DNA of 39,568 bases from an uncultured Bacteroidota bacterium (lineage in GTDB: Bacteria > Bacteroidota > Bacteroidia > Chitinophagales > Chitinophagaceae): contig CAIVHI010000319.1 of assembly GCA_903905685.1 (NCBI GenBank), positions 1 through 39,568 of the forward strand. The letters are read 5' to 3'. Made by a program: the position numbers and the translations under genes. Shown in pieces: positions 1 through 9,318 of this stretch. Position 1 is the first letter of the stretch, and every line of letters starts with the position of its first letter. The notes beneath the pieces are model-generated. The model worked only from the letters and a program-made list of their open reading frames with translations. It searched no databases and was not told the origin of the DNA.

Positions 1-329
1 ATGCAGGAATGTTTGTGACGGTCGATTCGATGGTGCAGACTTTCCTTTATTCTTTTGTGTGTGCTCCAACTGCGGTTAAGGAAGTTGCGGCTGTAGCAAG
101 TCCCAAAATATTTCCCAATCCTGCCCATAATATGGTGAACGTGGAATGGACTACCCCGATTGACAATGTACAATTGGTAGATATGTTCGGCCGCCAAGTT
201 CGCAGGCTGTCTCTTGGGGGAGTGTCCAATACATCGATCGATGTATTGGGCCTGCCAACCGGCATTTATTTTCTCCGGATTACGAGCACGGCAGGTGCCG
301 TTGCCACCGCGAAATTGGAGTTAGAGTGA
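1..329 (+). CDS. 3' end of a gene for a secreted protein with a type IX secretion (Por) C-terminal sorting domain; the 5' part lies outside the window
   Basis: The frame is open to the window edge and stops at TGA 327-329. The tail ..KIFPNPAHNMVNVEW..VQLVDMFGRQVRRL..LPTGIYFLRITS..ATAKLELE follows the T9SS CTD pattern: xPNPa, D-x-x-G-R-x-V, L-x-x-G-x-Y-F-L, and a terminal K-hydrophobic strand. Confidence 0.75.
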   Translation, partial: AGMFVTVDSMVQTFLYSFVCAPTAVKEVAAVASPKIFPNPAHNMVNVEWTTPIDNVQLVDMFGRQVRRLSLGGVSNTSIDVLGLPTGIYFLRITSTAGAVATAKLELE

Positions 330-344
330 TTGCCCTAAAAATGG

Positions 345-375
345 AAGCGGGCGGAAATTGTTTTTCCGCCCGCTT
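345..375. terminator. Bidirectional hairpin terminator between convergent genes
   Basis: Inverted repeat aagcgggcggaaa (345-357) / tttccgcccgctt (363-375) with a 5-nt loop and A/T runs on both sides. It lies between the + strand stop at 329 and the - strand stop at 381. Confidence 0.55.
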
Positions 376-380
376 TCATT

Positions 381-1013
381 TTAGAACAGCCCGTGAATTT
401 GGGCATCTATCTTTTCTATAACCATCGCCAAGTCTTCTTCTTTTTCAGCGAAATTGCAATTGTCTACATCTATAACGAGCAAGGGGCCATCGGTGTAACC
501 GTCGATCCATTTTTTGTAGAAGCCGTTGAGGCGTTTCAGGTAGTCCAAACGGATGTTCTCTTCATACTCACGGCCACGTTTGTCTATTTGGCCCACCAAA
601 GTAGGCACCGATGCATTGAGGTAAATCAATAGATCGGGAGGTTGGAACAGGGTTTTGAGGTTCTGGAAGAAGGAAGAATAGTTCTCGAAGTCCCGCGTGG
701 TCATCAGCCCCATGTCGAACAGGTTGGGGGCAAAAATGCAGGCATCCTCGTAAATCGTCCGGTCCTGAATCACAGTATCGGTGCCCGATCGGATGGAAAG
801 CAAGTGCTTGATGCGGTTGTTGAGGAAGTAGATTTGCAGGTTGAACGCCCAACGCAGCATGTCGTCATAAAAATCTACCAAGTAGGGATTGTGTTCCACG
901 TCTTCAAAATGTGGTACCCACTTATAATGTTTTGCCAACAGTGTGGTGAGGGTGGTTTTTCCCGAGCCTATGTTTCCGGCAATTGCTATGTGCTTGATGT
1001 TGTTCACCCCCAT
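381..1013 (-). CDS. Deoxynucleoside kinase (dAK/dGK family)
   Basis: N-terminal P-loop AGNIGSGKTTL and a DRTIYED (DRS-type) motif in a protein of about 210 aa. The layout is typical of bacterial deoxyadenosine/deoxyguanosine kinases. Confidence 0.85.
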   Translation of the reverse strand: MGVNNIKHIAIAGNIGSGKTTLTTLLAKHYKWVPHFEDVEHNPYLVDFYDDMLRWAFNLQIYFLNNRIKHLLSIRSGTDTVIQDRTIYEDACIFAPNLFDMGLMTTRDFENYSSFFQNLKTLFQPPDLLIYLNASVPTLVGQIDKRGREYEENIRLDYLKRLNGFYKKWIDGYTDGPLLVIDVDNCNFAEKEEDLAMVIEKIDAQIHGLF

Positions 1014-1030
1014 GTTGGTGTATTGTTGAG

Positions 1031-2029
1031 TTAGTAGTAATTGATGCCAATCAGTTTGCGAGCCTCGACAATGGTTTTGGATGCACTATCTCGGGCTTTT
1101 TCTGCACCTGTTTTCAAAATACGGCGGATGCTTTGTTCGTCCTGCTGCAGCTCAGTGGCTTGTTCCCGAATGGGACGGATGAAGTTCGCCAAGTCTTCTG
1201 CAAGTTGTTTTTTAAGGTCTCCGTAGCGTATGTTGCAATTGTTGTAAGCCGCAAGATAGTGTGCTGCAATCTCGGGTGTAGCGGTTGCGTTGAGCAACAC
1301 AAAAAGGTTTTGGATATAATCCGGCATCACGCTGTTGGGCTCTTGCGGGCCGGCATCGGTTTTGGCCTTCATTATTTTCTTCCTTATCGTGGCATCGTCA
1401 TCGCACAGGTAGATGGTGGCGGCCTCGTTTTCGCTCTTGCTCATTTTACCGTTACCGTCCAAGCTCAAAATCTTTAAGGTCTCATGGTTGGAGCGGTACA
1501 CATGCGGTTCGGGGAACAGTTCCCCATAGCGGGTATTGAAACGTTGTGCAAAGTTGCGCGCCATTTCGAGGTGTTGCTCTTGGTCTTTGCCCACGGGCAC
1601 CTTTACGGCTTTGTGTATCAAGATGTCGGCGGCCATGAGCACGGGGTAGGTGAGGAGGCCGGCATTCACATTGTCGGGTTGTTGGCGCACCTTGTCTTTA
1701 AATGTTGGTACTTTTTCCAGTTCGCCTTTGTAGGCCATCATGTTGAGCATGAGGTACAATTCGGGAATCTCCGGAATGTCGCTTTGCGCATACAGCGCCA
1801 CTTTGTCGGGGTCCAAGCCTGCGGCTATGTTTTCGGCCACCACCCTGAAAACGTTGGCCTTTAGGCTCTTAGGGTCAGGGTGGGTGGTGAGGGAGTGGTA
1901 GTCGGCTACAAAAAAGTAACATTCCTGTTCTTCCTGCATCACTACATAGTTTTGGATGGCTCCAAAATAGTTGCCCAAATGCAGATTGCCTGTAGACCTG
2001 ATACCGCTTACAACGATTGCTCTGCTCAT
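1031..2029 (-). CDS. trpS: Tryptophan--tRNA ligase
   Basis: Class I aaRS HIGH-type motif (GNLHLGNYFGA) and a verbatim KMSKS loop. The 332-aa length and overall pattern fit TrpRS. Confidence 0.93.
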   Translation of the reverse strand: MSRAIVVSGIRSTGNLHLGNYFGAIQNYVVMQEEQECYFFVADYHSLTTHPDPKSLKANVFRVVAENIAAGLDPDKVALYAQSDIPEIPELYLMLNMMAYKGELEKVPTFKDKVRQQPDNVNAGLLTYPVLMAADILIHKAVKVPVGKDQEQHLEMARNFAQRFNTRYGELFPEPHVYRSNHETLKILSLDGNGKMSKSENEAATIYLCDDDATIRKKIMKAKTDAGPQEPNSVMPDYIQNLFVLLNATATPEIAAHYLAAYNNCNIRYGDLKKQLAEDLANFIRPIREQATELQQDEQSIRRILKTGAEKARDSASKTIVEARKLIGINYY

Positions 2030-2195
2030 AGCGCGAAGATAAGCTTTGTAGGCTATTTATATCCCGAACGCCCGGTTTGAGCGGCGGCGATTGATTGGGG
2101 TTTGCAATTAATTGATTGTAAATCAAGCACTAATGATACAGAGTAACACTGGGGACCGATGTTGGGGGGCATAACCGCTCCCGAGTGCGGCATGC

Positions 2196-4598
2196 CTATT
2201 TTACATCGAGCGGCACGGAGACCATGAAGCTGAAGTTGCGCCCGGGATTGAAAATGCCCATCCGGCCCGTGGTCAGGTTTTCATCCGTATACCGCAGGCG
2301 GCTCAACGAATTTTGGTAGGCTACATTCGTCAGGTTGTTTGCGGTAATGGTGAGGGTGCACCAATTTTGGTGTTTTGCACCCATGATGTCGGCACCCACT
2401 CCGGCATTCAATAAGGTGTACCCAGCACAGGGCGTCTCAGTGCCGTAGGCGGTGAAGACATTGTTTTGAGCCCAGTTCACATCCAAGCCCACTTTTGCAT
2501 AGGGGTTTTTCAAGAATTTCGTGAACGCCTTAGGCTGCGCCTTGAGCTCTACCAGCCAACGTGGTGGCGGCATATAAGGCAGGTTGTTCGTCCCTTCTAT
2601 AGATTGCGACAAATTGCCCCTAACGTAGGAGAACGTGTTTTCCAAGTGAAGCCACTCCAATAACGCCGGGTGGTAGTCTGCAAAAATCTCCCCACCATAT
2701 AGGTTGGCTGCCCCCTGGGTGTAGATGAAGCCCGAGTATTTGCCGGGATTGGCATAAATGGGTATGGAGTCCAGTTTGCGGATGTAGATGTAGTTTTCTA
2801 TATAGTTGTTGAACAATGCGGCATTCACCATCAGGTGCTTTGAGCTCCAGTTCACGCCCAAGTCGCATTGGTAGCTGTGTTCGGGGTGTAGGCCGGTATT
2901 ACCTATTTCGTAGCGGTAGGTGCCATCATGCACCCCGTTTGCCGAAAGCTCGGCGATATTGGGGGAACGGTATCCGCTTGCGAAATTGAATTTGAATATC
3001 GTATGCGCGTTCAAATTGTAGCCCACTCCCAAACTGCCCGAGATATTGGAGAAATTGTCTGTGAACGGCTTGAAAATCTCATAAGCCGATATTTTCTGCT
3101 TGATAGCCGGATCGGAATCTTTGCCATATGATTCAATTTTCCGCATGTCGTAGCGTATCCCGCCGGCCACCGTCCACTTGCCAATGTTCTTCTTGCCCAT
3201 GCCATACACCCCGCCATCAAACAGGTTGTAGTCGGGCACCAGGAATTCCGTGCCTTTGTTGAAGTTCCATTGGGTCATTCCGTTTACGCCCACGCTCACT
3301 TCCCAGCCGCTAATCATGGGCATGAAATACTTCAGGTCGTAGGTGGCGGTGCGTAACTCGAGCGAGAGTCCGGGTGCATCGGGCTCCAATACATCGTTGA
3401 ATTCCATGCGGCGGTTACGTTGGTATCCCAAATTGAAGCCGATACGGCCGCCGTTGCCCAAGTAGATGTTGTCATCCCAAACCAGTTTTTGGTGGTAAAT
3501 GTGTTGGTAGGGCACCGTCATGGCATAGTTACGGCCGTCGGCATTGGTTACCAACTGTTGTACATCGGTGTTGTGCAGGTTTACGTCTTTAAGGAAGGTT
3601 CCCGTAGCGGTGTCTCGCGTTCCCTCCGGTATGCCCGTTTTTTCGTTGAACGACGTATACGTGAGGCGCGAAGACCCCCAACTGCGGTTCACCCCAATGG
3701 TTGCGCCATAGTCAACATTCTGAAAACGGGTGTCGTATACGTATCCGTCATACTTGTCTTGGTAGTCGTGCGACATCTTGCCTGTACCATATACTTTCCA
3801 GCTAAAACCATGCTCATTGCCACCCAGATCGGCATGTAAAGCCGCAAGGCCGGAGTTGGTTTGGTAGTTGGTGGTAACGTTGCCGTTTATTTTGCCCTCT
3901 GGTATGTCGGGATTGGAAATGATGTTCACCACGCCCGCCAGCGCATCTGAGCCATAGGCCAACGAAGCGGGCCCTTTCAACACTTCAATACGGGTCACAT
4001 TGTAATCGTCTATCTCTATACCGTGTTCGTCGCCCCACTGTTGGCCTTCTTGGCGCACGCCGTCGTTGAGGGTGATGATGCGGTTGTAGCCCAAGCCGCG
4101 AATGACGGGCTTGGATACCGAAATGCCCGTGGTAAGTGCCGTCACGCCGGGGAGATTGGCAATGGCGTCAATGACATTGGTGGAGGCGTTTTGGTGCATC
4201 TCCTGTATGCCGATGCTCTGAATGGGCGTTATGCTTTGGCGTTCCTCGGTGGCCAAACTCAGGCCCGTAACCACCACCGCATTTTTTTCGATATAGCTCT
4301 CCGATAGTGTGAAATCCTTCTTGGTTTCCCCATCTATGGTTACTTGGGTATTGAGGGTGCCGTAGCTCAGCAGGTGCACCTCTACCAAATAGGTACCCTT
4401 GGGCAGGTTGCTGATGCGGTAAGTGCCGTCGCTGTCGGCAGCCGCACCGGTTTTCAAATCGGTGATTTCAATTACCGCACCTTGAAGTCCCAGACCCTTG
4501 CCATCCGTTATCTTACCCGACAGCGCATTGCCCGCCATTGCATCGCGGCAAAGACCGAGCAGCAAAAAAATAAGCAGGTATAAACGTATTGGTTTCAT
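2196..4598 (-). CDS. TonB-dependent outer-membrane receptor with an N-terminal carboxypeptidase-regulatory-like domain
   Basis: Signal peptide MKPIRLYLLIFLLLGL... A CarboxypepD_reg-like beta-sandwich (GKITDGKGLGLQGAVIE..GTYLVEVHLLSY). Plug motifs (IEVLKGPASLAYGSDALAGVVNI) followed by a long beta-barrel. The ORF track begins at 4631; I prefer the ATG at 4598. No SusD-like partner is adjacent. Confidence 0.9.
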   Translation of the reverse strand: MKPIRLYLLIFLLLGLCRDAMAGNALSGKITDGKGLGLQGAVIEITDLKTGAAADSDGTYRISNLPKGTYLVEVHLLSYGTLNTQVTIDGETKKDFTLSESYIEKNAVVVTGLSLATEERQSITPIQSIGIQEMHQNASTNVIDAIANLPGVTALTTGISVSKPVIRGLGYNRIITLNDGVRQEGQQWGDEHGIEIDDYNVTRIEVLKGPASLAYGSDALAGVVNIISNPDIPEGKINGNVTTNYQTNSGLAALHADLGGNEHGFSWKVYGTGKMSHDYQDKYDGYVYDTRFQNVDYGATIGVNRSWGSSRLTYTSFNEKTGIPEGTRDTATGTFLKDVNLHNTDVQQLVTNADGRNYAMTVPYQHIYHQKLVWDDNIYLGNGGRIGFNLGYQRNRRMEFNDVLEPDAPGLSLELRTATYDLKYFMPMISGWEVSVGVNGMTQWNFNKGTEFLVPDYNLFDGGVYGMGKKNIGKWTVAGGIRYDMRKIESYGKDSDPAIKQKISAYEIFKPFTDNFSNISGSLGVGYNLNAHTIFKFNFASGYRSPNIAELSANGVHDGTYRYEIGNTGLHPEHSYQCDLGVNWSSKHLMVNAALFNNYIENYIYIRKLDSIPIYANPGKYSGFIYTQGAANLYGGEIFADYHPALLEWLHLENTFSYVRGNLSQSIEGTNNLPYMPPPRWLVELKAQPKAFTKFLKNPYAKVGLDVNWAQNNVFTAYGTETPCAGYTLLNAGVGADIMGAKHQNWCTLTITANNLTNVAYQNSLSRLRYTDENLTTGRMGIFNPGRNFSFMVSVPLDVK

Positions 4599-4889
4599 AA
4601 TGGTTTGAAAAGCTCCGAAAAACATGGTCAAGTTAAGGCAGCAAAAACCGTGCTAAGATTGACTAACCGGGAAAAAATAAACCGGAAGTATATAATTGGT
4701 GTGTCGTTGCGGTCGGTAAAAAGGGAGATGACCGGGATTTATTTCTGAATCTTGTAATGCTGCCGGCACCATGTAGCTTCGGTGTTCCTAAATTCGCAAT
4801 GGCACCATTGCGTTGCGCTTTTGTTCGATGTCCAAATTTTTGGCTTAAGTTTGTTCCCAAAACATTTACACAAAAATCAAGTTTTTCAT

Positions 4890-6422
4890 ATGAAAATGGA
4901 TAAAGTTTTAGACAAACTCGGCATCGCCAAGCAGAACGATGGCGGCTCGACGGGGTCTAAGTGGTTGAAGGCGGCCGGCGTGAAGATAGAGTCTTATTCG
5001 CCTGCCGATGGTAAACTTATCGGTACTGCACAAGTGGTGACGCGGGAGCAATACGACCAAATTGTTGAAAAATCTCAAGCGGCATTTGCCGAATGGCGCA
5101 TGTGGCCCGCGCCCAAAAGGGGTGAAATCGTTCGTCTGGTAGGCGATGCGCTCCGCAAATACAAGGAGCCGCTGGGCCGCTTGGTGAGCTACGAAATGGG
5201 CAAAAGCCTGCAAGAAGGCTATGGTGAAGTGCAGGAGATGATAGACATCTGCGACCTCGCGGTGGGCATGTCTCGCCAACTGTACGGCCTCACCATGCAT
5301 AGTGAACGCCCCATGCACCGCATGTATGAGCAATGGCACCCGGTGGGCATTGTGGGCATCATCAGCTCGTTCAACTTTCCCGTTGCGGTTTGGAGCTGGA
5401 ACAGCATGATTGCCTTTATTTGCGGCGATACCTGCATTTGGAAGCCATCCCCCAAAACGCCGCTGTCGGCAATTGCCTGCCAAAACATCATTGGCGATGT
5501 GTTTAAGGAAAACGGCGTGCCCGAAGGGGTGTGCTGCCTTGCATTGGGCATGCAGGACGTAGGCGAATGGATGAGCACCGATACCCGCATTCCATTGGTA
5601 TCTGCCACCGGCTCTACCCGCATGGGCAAGATAGTGGGGGCTACCGTGGCGGCACGCCTCGGCCGCTCGCTGTTGGAGCTGGGTGGCAACAACGCCATCA
5701 TCATCTCGCAACATGCCGACCTCGACATTGCACTGCGTGCAAGCGTGTTTGGCGCGGTAGGTACAGCGGGCCAACGTTGCACCACCACCCGCCGCCTCAT
5801 TATTCACGACAGCATTTACGATACTTTCAAAAAGAAATTGGTGACGGCCTACAAGCAGCTTTCCATTGGTGACCCGCTCGACGAGAAGAACCACGTGGGG
5901 CCGTTGATAGACAAGGATGCCGTAGCCGCCTATCAAAACACGTTGAAGGAAATCAAGAAGGCCGGCGGCAAGGCCGTTGTTGCCGGCGGAGTGCTGGATG
6001 GCGAAGACTATGAAAGCGGTTGCTACGTAAAACCCTGCATTTTTGAGCTGGAAAACCACCACGAGATTGTGCAGCATGAAACGTTTGCGCCCATCCTCTA
6101 CCTGATGCGCTACGAGAACATAGAAGATGCCATAGCCATGCAGAACGCCGTGCCGCAAGGGCTGTCGTCGTCTATCATGACGCTGAATATGCGCGAGTCT
6201 GAACTGTTCCTGTCGCACAAGGGTAGTGACTGCGGCATTGCCAATGTGAACATTGGCACCAGTGGTGCCGAGATAGGCGGCGCATTTGGAGGCGAGAAGG
6301 AAACCGGCGGTGGCCGCGAAAGTGGCTCCGACAGTTGGAAAGCCTACATGCGCCGCCAAACCAACACCATGAACTGGAGCACCCAATTGCCATTGGCACA
6401 AGGCATAAAGTTCAATACCTAA
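4890..6422 (+). CDS. ALDH7-type aldehyde dehydrogenase (alpha-aminoadipic semialdehyde / piperideine-6-carboxylate dehydrogenase-like)
   Basis: Catalytic motifs ELGGNNA and GTAGQRCTTTRRL. The C-terminal GGEKETGGGRESGSDSWKAYMRRQT..LPLAQGIKF closely follows the antiquitin/ALDH7 pattern. Start moved from the track value 4782 to ATG 4890 (MKMDKVL). Confidence 0.85.
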   Translation: MKMDKVLDKLGIAKQNDGGSTGSKWLKAAGVKIESYSPADGKLIGTAQVVTREQYDQIVEKSQAAFAEWRMWPAPKRGEIVRLVGDALRKYKEPLGRLVSYEMGKSLQEGYGEVQEMIDICDLAVGMSRQLYGLTMHSERPMHRMYEQWHPVGIVGIISSFNFPVAVWSWNSMIAFICGDTCIWKPSPKTPLSAIACQNIIGDVFKENGVPEGVCCLALGMQDVGEWMSTDTRIPLVSATGSTRMGKIVGATVAARLGRSLLELGGNNAIIISQHADLDIALRASVFGAVGTAGQRCTTTRRLIIHDSIYDTFKKKLVTAYKQLSIGDPLDEKNHVGPLIDKDAVAAYQNTLKEIKKAGGKAVVAGGVLDGEDYESGCYVKPCIFELENHHEIVQHETFAPILYLMRYENIEDAIAMQNAVPQGLSSSIMTLNMRESELFLSHKGSDCGIANVNIGTSGAEIGGAFGGEKETGGGRESGSDSWKAYMRRQTNTMNWSTQLPLAQGIKFNT

Positions 6423-6442
6423 TAGCCGTATTTGATTAAAGG

Positions 6443-6482
6443 AAACCCCTGAAGTCCGTATTACCGGGCTTTAGGGGTTTTT
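6443..6482 (+). terminator. Rho-independent-type terminator after the ALDH7 gene
   Basis: Arms aaacccctgaag (6443-6454) and ctttaggggttt (6469-6480) are complementary with one mismatch, and are followed by a T-rich run. Confidence 0.55.
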
Positions 6483-6524
6483 GGTTTGATGGGGTCTAAC
6501 ATTTTTTTTCTATAGCTTTGGGTT

Positions 6525-8237
6525 ATGTCTGCAATCAACTTCAATACATCGAACCAGACCTATAGGCAACTCATGGGCAATGGGCTGCTGTTTCATGTGC
6601 CAAGGTTTCAGCGAGACTACAGCTGGACTGACGAAGAATGGGACGACCTTTGGGCGGATATCCAAGGTCTTTTTGGCGAAGACCCCGAGCCGGCGCACTA
6701 CATGGGCTACCTCGTGCTGCAATCAAAGGATAGTAAGAAGTTTGACATCATTGATGGGCAGCAACGGCTAACAACTCTAAGCATTTTCACCCTCGCGGTT
6801 TTGAAGAATTTCGATCTATTGATTGAGATGCGTATTGACCCCGAGAACAATAAAAGGCGCCAGGTACAACTTAGAGGTTCTTTCATTGGTTACCTCGACC
6901 CCGTAACGTTGATTCCGCAATCCAAACTCACGCTGAACCGCAACAATGATGCCTACTATCAAAATTACTTGGTGCCGTTGTTAAAGTCGCCCGTAAGGGG
7001 GTTGAAGTATACCGAACATCAAATGCGCAAGGCGTTCGAGTGGTTTGATCGGAAAATAAAGGAGGAGTACACGGTAAAGAAGGATGGTGCAATGCTCGCG
7101 TCCCTACTCGACCATTTGACCGACAAGCTTTTCTTCACCGTAATAACCGTAACCGACGAGTTGAATGCCTACAAGGTTTTTGAAACGCTCAACTCGAGGG
7201 GGGTAAAATTGTCGGCTACCGATTTGTTAAAGAACTACCTTTTTTCGGTGGTGCACCGCGAGGGAAACGACGGTTTGGAATTGGATAAGCTGGATGAAAG
7301 GTGGCAACAGCTGGTTGGGATTTTGGGTAGCGAGAGCTTTCCCGATTTTTTGAGGGCGCACTGGAATAGTCGCAACAAATTCGTGCGAGCTGCAAACCTC
7401 TTTAAAACCATTCGTGCCCAAGTGGCCAACCGGGGACAGGTATTCGATTTGATGCGGGCGATGGAAATGGATGCCAATACCTATGTGGCCCTCTCGAGGC
7501 CCGAAGACGACCAGTGGCATGCAGAACAGAAACGGTATGTAGAGGAGCTCTCCATGTTTCACGTGCGGCAGGTTTACCCACTATTATTGGCAGCTTATCG
7601 AAAATTTGACAACGCTGACTTTACCCGCCTGCTTAAGGCATGCAGCATCATTTCGTTCAGGTACAACGTCATAGGCAACCTACCTCCAAATGAGCAAGAA
7701 AGGTTGTACACCGGCGTGGCGGTACAAGTGCACGATGGAGTTGTTAACACGGTGAATCAGGTTTTGGGAAAGCTGAAGCCGCTGTATCCGGATGATGAAG
7801 CATTTTCTCGGCTTTTTTGCGATAAACAACTCAAAACCTCACAAGCCAGAAATAAACGCATTGTCCGGTATTTGCTATTCAAGCTTGAAAGGCGGGTTTC
7901 AGGTGGTAGCGATTACGATTACGACAGTGATGTTTTTAGTATTGAGCACGTGCTTCCGGAATCTCCAGGCCTTGGCTGGGAACAATTTGGCGATGCCGAC
8001 CATGAGGCCTTCGTTTATCGCTTGGGCAATATGACGTTGATGAAATTTAACGACAATCTGGAAATTGGGAATGCGCCCTTTGACGTTAAGAAAGTGAAGT
8101 ATGCGGAAAGCAAGTTCGAGATTACCCGCAAGATAGCTACAGACAATAGCGAATGGACAATGGCGCGCATTGCGGAGCGGCAACAATGGATGGCCAAACA
8201 GGCTACAGCAATTTGGAGAATCGCGCAGTTGGGTTAA
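6525..8237 (+). CDS. DUF262/DUF1524 two-domain protein (GmrSD-like; candidate type IV modification-dependent restriction endonuclease)
   Basis: N-terminal DUF262/ParB-like signatures FHVPRFQRDYSWTDEEWDDLWADI and DGQQRLTTL (nt 6753-6767 encode DGQQR). C-terminal DUF1524 HNH-like signatures FSIEHVLPES and YRLGNMTLMKFNDNLEIGNAPF. A spot count of line 6781 gives about 42% G+C, lower than neighbouring housekeeping genes. Confidence 0.85.
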   Translation: MSAINFNTSNQTYRQLMGNGLLFHVPRFQRDYSWTDEEWDDLWADIQGLFGEDPEPAHYMGYLVLQSKDSKKFDIIDGQQRLTTLSIFTLAVLKNFDLLIEMRIDPENNKRRQVQLRGSFIGYLDPVTLIPQSKLTLNRNNDAYYQNYLVPLLKSPVRGLKYTEHQMRKAFEWFDRKIKEEYTVKKDGAMLASLLDHLTDKLFFTVITVTDELNAYKVFETLNSRGVKLSATDLLKNYLFSVVHREGNDGLELDKLDERWQQLVGILGSESFPDFLRAHWNSRNKFVRAANLFKTIRAQVANRGQVFDLMRAMEMDANTYVALSRPEDDQWHAEQKRYVEELSMFHVRQVYPLLLAAYRKFDNADFTRLLKACSIISFRYNVIGNLPPNEQERLYTGVAVQVHDGVVNTVNQVLGKLKPLYPDDEAFSRLFCDKQLKTSQARNKRIVRYLLFKLERRVSGGSDYDYDSDVFSIEHVLPESPGLGWEQFGDADHEAFVYRLGNMTLMKFNDNLEIGNAPFDVKKVKYAESKFEITRKIATDNSEWTMARIAERQQWMAKQATAIWRIAQLG

Positions 8238-8368
8238 GCCATCCCGATTCGCAATTGGCCCTTTAGCGAGTATACAGGCTGTTGTGAACAGCCTGTATAT
8301 GCCAGGCAACCTCTACTTATTGAACGCCTTCGTTACCGGCGACGTAGATTCCACAATTCCGTTGGCTT

Positions 8369-9151
8369 TTGTACAATGACATTTTGTATGATGAGGACTT
8401 CAACCTAGTTCCGGAGGAGTGCGGGCGGTTCCAGATTGGGGCGGGTGCCGACGCGTGGCAGGTCTTCGGCAATGGAGGCAAGATAGCGGTGAACCACAAC
8501 GGCTACCTGGCGGTGTTTTTGAGGACGGCAACGGCAGGTACGTCGATCTACATCGACCCGATGGTAATAAACCACTTTCCAGCTGGATTCGCCGCATCAA
8601 CCACTATTACCCTTACGGCTTGGCCGTGAACATGACGGCGCACGTGCCGACGGCCAACGACCCTGCCGACCTCTTCTCTTCCTGTATCAGGCCAAGAAGA
8701 AGGACAAGGCCGACGGCCTGAATCTTGACCACTTCGGTGCCCATCGGTACGACCCGCAGTGGGGCACTTCCCGAGCCTTGACGCGGACCACCAGTTTGCG
8801 AGCGGTTACACGGGCATGGGGAACCATCCGGTCTTGGTTTCGGACCCGACGGGGAATGTGGCGATTGACGATCCAAGTAAAAACATTGGTGGCGACGAAG
8901 ACGGCGGCTTTCCAGAGGATTACATTGTTGCCGGCTCCGACGGGCGGCAGGGCACGACCAGCGGCAATATGCAGGATGCCATAGGCCCGACCGGTATCGG
9001 GGGGCAAACGTGCCTTTTCTTAAGCGATGCCACCTGCGGCCTTGACGTGACGCAGGCCAACCAGAGCGCGACCAACACGGCCCCGCCCGTAAGCTGGATC
9101 AAAACAGTGGAGGTTGTGTCTACATGGGCCCTTTGTTGGGGTGGCGTATGA
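8369..9151 (+). pseudogene. Orphan, multiply frameshifted RHS/YD-repeat C-terminal core fragment with a unique C-terminal tail
   Basis: Consecutive pieces of the RHS C-terminal core are spread over different frames. ..HNGYL lies in the 8369 frame. GGVFEDGNGRY and NHYYPYGLAVNM (the YYPFGxxM motif) lie in the 8419 frame. LYQAKKKDKADGLNLDHFGAHRYDPQWG lies at 8682-8765. HFPSLDADHQFASGYTGMGNHPVLVSDPTGN lies in the 8759 frame, followed by a unique tail of about 100 aa ending at 9151. One shift coincides with the G4 run at 8761-8764. No large RHS body is present upstream. Confidence 0.6.
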
Positions 9152-9318
9152 CGAGAACGGCAACCATTGGTCGTCTCCCGACCGGTCCGTAGCCGGCGTA
9201 CCGAACGTCGATTTTTCGTCCTCCACTCGTAAGCTAAGGTTCCTTGCCTCCCCGAAATCCTTTACTTCAGCATGAGTCGTCCTTATACCGCTCCCCGCTG
9301 TCGCCCTCAAGCACTGCG

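Noticed and set aside
4782-4889. N-terminal extensions given by the ORF track, at 4782 (ALDH7), 4631 (TBDR), 10887 (GH125), 13498 (GH92), 16848 (hydrolase), 17289 (L31), 18904 (tpiA), 24940 (hbd), 25536 (LpxH-like), 29262 (RSH) and 32146 (SlyD-like)
   Set aside because: In every case an internal ATG gives the canonical N-terminus or signal peptide of the family. The extension adds non-homologous, often low-complexity residues or overlaps the preceding gene.
4632-4889. Possible cobalamin or other riboswitch in the 258-nt leader of the TonB-dependent receptor
   Set aside because: The minus-strand sequence contains GGTGCC .. AAATCCCGG .. CCGCAACGAC. The spacing between GGTG and AATCC is about 30 nt instead of a few, and I see no B12 box (GCCACTG-like). 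This is not convincing without a covariance-model scan.
4908-6401. 497-aa minus-strand ORF, plus the nested 193-aa and 113-aa ORFs
   Set aside because: They are antisense shadows of the ALDH7-type gene, with low-complexity Ala/Arg/His composition and no motifs.
8759-9151. Short ORFs 8369-8629, 8419-8721, 8759-9151 and 8778-8984 as independent small genes
   Set aside because: Together they spell one RHS core end across frames, so they are fragments of a single decayed gene rather than separate coding sequences.
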